From positions 1 through 13,708 of the forward strand of contig JBMFSH010000055.1 of NCBI GenBank assembly GCA_049967655.1: DNA of 13,708 nucleotides, written 5' to 3'. The notes under the pieces are model-generated. The model ran no database searches. It was given only the letters and a program-made list of their open reading frames with translations, and was not told where the DNA came from. This DNA comes from Acidobacteriota bacterium. GTDB lineage: Bacteria; Acidobacteriota; UBA4820; DSQY01. The position numbers and the translations under genes are program-made. Below, one piece after another: positions 12,428 through 13,708 of the stretch. Numbering within the stretch: the first letter of the stretch is position 1; the number at the start of each line of letters is the position of its first letter.

Positions 12428-13680
12428 GGGGCTCCATCCGTGGGCCGGCTGGGCGTGCGGGCCTGCAATGTCTCGATGGCAATTTTCGTGACCCGCTCTG
12501 TTGAAATCGCCAGGAGGGAGTCGTGGGCCTCCCCCTCATCGCGGTAGTCGTAATGGTCCTTCGTAAAGGCGAGCAACACAGCCACCCGCGAACCCAACGG
12601 GAACCAATGGCGCGGGCTCAAGCGGGTTGTGAACAAGGCAACGGTGGAGCACCCCACCATGGCGGCCAGGTGCATGGTGCCGGTGTCGTTGGTGAGGCAT
12701 AGCGCGGCCACGCGGAGGAGTTCGGCGAGTTCTTGAAGGTCGGTGGAACCAGCAAGGTTCAGCCCGTGAGACCCCGACAACGCCCTCTCGCAAACCGCAC
12801 GCTCCCCACCCGTCCCGACAGCCACGATCTTCGCCCTTCCTTCTGCTTGAATCTGTTGCGCGACAAGCGCGAAGCGATCGACCGGCCAGCGTTGGACTTG
12901 GAATTTGCTGCCCGGGTTCAGCACCACCAAGGGCCCATCGCCCTGAAGGGCATCCAGATTTCCTAAGAGGCGGGCCTTCGCCTCGGGGAAGCGAGGAACG
13001 GCCTCCCCGGGCTCGGCGGGCACCAGCCCCAGCTCGGCGAGGACTTCGCCGCACCGCCGCGGCTCGTTACCCACGAAGAGGTGCAAAACGCGCTTCAGGT
13101 TCTTGGTGCCCGCCCATCCTTTCACCTTGAAGCCCACGGCCGACCGGGCGCGCACGTGGCGCGCGATGAAGAGCTCCCGAAAGACGGCGTTGGTCAGCCC
13201 CCGGTTGCCAAAGGGCGAGAGGTTCACGAAGAGGTCGCAGCCCTTCAGCCCCTCCAGCGCCGGGTCGTAGTCCACGTGGAAGCCCCGGCGCCGCGTGGGC
13301 GGATCGGGGACGAAGACCATCGCATCCACGAGCCTCTGGTCGCCGAGCAGTTCGTCCAGCACTCGCGGGCCAATGCCGCCTGTGCTGGAAAGGAGCGTGA
13401 TCTTGGCATTGGGGCAGGCCTTTCGGAGTGCGGCCAACGCGGGCAGGGCCACCAGGTGGTCCCCCAAAGTTCCAAAGGCATAGACGACGACGCGGCGCAG
13501 ACTCCCCAACGGTGCCGGCTTGCGGAACCAGAGAAGACGAAAGACCCGGACGACAAGATTTGCAATGAGCGTCCGCAGGCGCACCCAGGCCACAAGCCAA
13601 ATGGGCAAGGGAGCGATATAGCGCCGCTCGATGGCTTCGACTTCTTCGAGGGTGCGGACGCAGTTGACTTCAGGGGTCAT
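12424..13680 (-). CDS. Glycosyltransferase family 9 (ADP-heptose:LPS heptosyltransferase-like)
   Basis: Motifs TLGDHLVALPALAALRKACPNAKI, LNPGSKFQVQRWP and LNLAGSTDLQELAELLRVAALCLTNDTGTMHLAA. Confidence 0.9.
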   Translation of the reverse strand: MTPEVNCVRTLEEVEAIERRYIAPLPIWLVAWVRLRTLIANLVVRVFRLLWFRKPAPLGSLRRVVVYAFGTLGDHLVALPALAALRKACPNAKITLLSSTGGIGPRVLDELLGDQRLVDAMVFVPDPPTRRRGFHVDYDPALEGLKGCDLFVNLSPFGNRGLTNAVFRELFIARHVRARSAVGFKVKGWAGTKNLKRVLHLFVGNEPRRCGEVLAELGLVPAEPGEAVPRFPEAKARLLGNLDALQGDGPLVVLNPGSKFQVQRWPVDRFALVAQQIQAEGRAKIVAVGTGGERAVCERALSGSHGLNLAGSTDLQELAELLRVAALCLTNDTGTMHLAAMVGCSTVALFTTRLSPRHWFPLGSRVAVLLAFTKDHYDYRDEGEAHDSLLAISTERVTKIAIETLQARTPSRPTDGAP

Positions 13681-13684
13681 GGTT

Positions 13685-13708
13685 GGAGACGGGGGGACCG
13701 TAAGACCG
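13685..13708 (+). repeat. Probable edge of another GGAGAC-type repeat tract (truncated by the window end)
   Basis: GGAGAC GGGGGGAC CGTAAGAC CG begins 4 nt upstream of the GT9 ATG, in the same orientation and relative position as the 10653-10766 tract. Confidence 0.5.

Noticed and set aside
186..13600. Long overlapping alternative-frame and antisense ORFs (e.g. 186-1370, 719-1723, 1456-2694, 1518-2843, 3775-4989, 5157-6284, 5776-6801, 8174-9328, 8464-9540)
   Set aside because: These are Arg/Gly/Pro/Ala-rich shadow ORFs expected in high-GC coding DNA. They show no motifs and overlap well-supported genes.

Overview
High-GC bacterial window holding the distal part of a minus-strand surface-polysaccharide (LPS/EPS) biosynthesis cluster. 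In transcription order it reads: GT9 heptosyltransferase-like, GT4, four-helix-bundle gene, GT2, O-antigen ligase/polymerase-family membrane protein, an apparently internally deleted SAM methyltransferase, a two-module GT4-GT4 fusion, a WbpP-like NDP-sugar epimerase, hicB-hicA, GT4 and a WecB/TagA/CpsF GT. The cluster converges on a partial heptad-repeat coiled-coil gene at the left edge. Two non-enzymatic cassettes interrupt it. (1) The four-helix-bundle (23S rRNA IVP/Avd-like) gene is bracketed by two mutually inverted tracts of GGGAGAC-type heptamers that fill almost all the non-coding space between a GT4 stop and a GT2 start; what looks like the edge of a third tract appears at the right end of the window. 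(2) The hicBA pair has its own near-consensus sigma70 promoter and sits in a mosaic of REP/REPIN-like palindromes and GTCAT...ATGAC hairpin elements, between identical 28-bp direct repeats. All family calls come from motif recognition by eye; no database searches or folding runs were done.
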